Shown piece after piece: positions 63,511 through 64,000 of a stretch of DNA of 64,000 bases. Made by a program: the position numbers and the translations under genes. The DNA is from Amphiscolops sp. MND2022. Lineage: Eukaryota. Numbering within the stretch: position 1 is the first letter of the stretch; every line of letters begins with the position of its first letter. The stretch spans positions 39,930,001 through 39,994,000 of the forward strand of contig OZ076409.1 in assembly GCA_964187785.1 (NCBI GenBank), given 5' to 3'. The notes beneath the pieces were generated by a model. The model was not told the DNA's origin. It ran no database searches and saw nothing but the letters and a program-made list of their open reading frames with translations.

Positions 63511-64000
63511 CTTATATAACTAATTAGGATCAATTAGCCGAAATTATTAAATGTCGAATTTGCAGAAAACTGAAAACGCAATAAGTTGAAATATTGTGGG
63601 CAGTTGAAAAAGTAACGGTTGAAAATGCAAAGGATGAAATGTCCTGACACCCCTAAACAGTTTTTAAATCTCAATCAATTTCGCACACACTGTCGTTTCT
63701 CCAGAAAACTATTTTTTCGTGAAGGAATTTGTTTGTTTGCTTCATAATTCTTTGGTTGAAGTCGCTTGTAGTAATTATTAAAGACAGACAGCTGGTTACT
63801 GAAGAGACATCCACCATATTCGCAGTCTAATTCAAGCAGTTGATTGGCTGCACTTTCCCCATTTTTGTTTCAGTTGTTTAAATAACTGATTGCCTCAATC
63901 AATTTAATTTATTGGTTGCGTCCTTTTGCCGGGATTAGTTACAATTAAAAAAACTCTGCTCGCTGTTTCGAAGCTCCTGAGAAGCAGCTGATGGTTTCGA

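Overview
AT-rich animal genomic DNA that is mostly nested transposable elements around one ordinary host gene, a 4-coding-exon class I ARF GTPase (19997-22359, 181 aa). From left to right: two decayed Ty3/Gypsy elements, a decayed LINE RT and a decayed hAT transposon. Next is a CRE-like non-LTR retrotransposon (PHD-RT-RLE) interrupted by a nested stack of Mutator-type TIR elements. After ARF comes an apparently intact 14.1-kb Gypsy (25578-39701, minus strand) with ~3.1-3.2 kb LTRs, a tRNA-Asn-like PBS, a -1 frameshift signal and a TARG1/OARD1-like macrodomain between RNase H and integrase. This is followed by a young, internally deleted LTR element (40370-48551), Helentron-like repeats, an older decayed copy of the macrodomain Gypsy and a partial LTR. 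Three candidate novel systems stand out. (1) The 40370-48551 element carries a five-exon, GT-AG-spliced antisense gene (zinc finger plus a hAT-transposase-like core apparently lacking the first catalytic Asp) paired head-to-head with a 301-aa sense ORF that reads into the 3' LTR. (2) The Gypsy macrodomain has altered ADP-ribose-binding loops. (3) A structured cassette rich in GCGAAGC hairpins is shared by at least five TIR elements with unrelated ends. All calls were made by eye; no searches were run.
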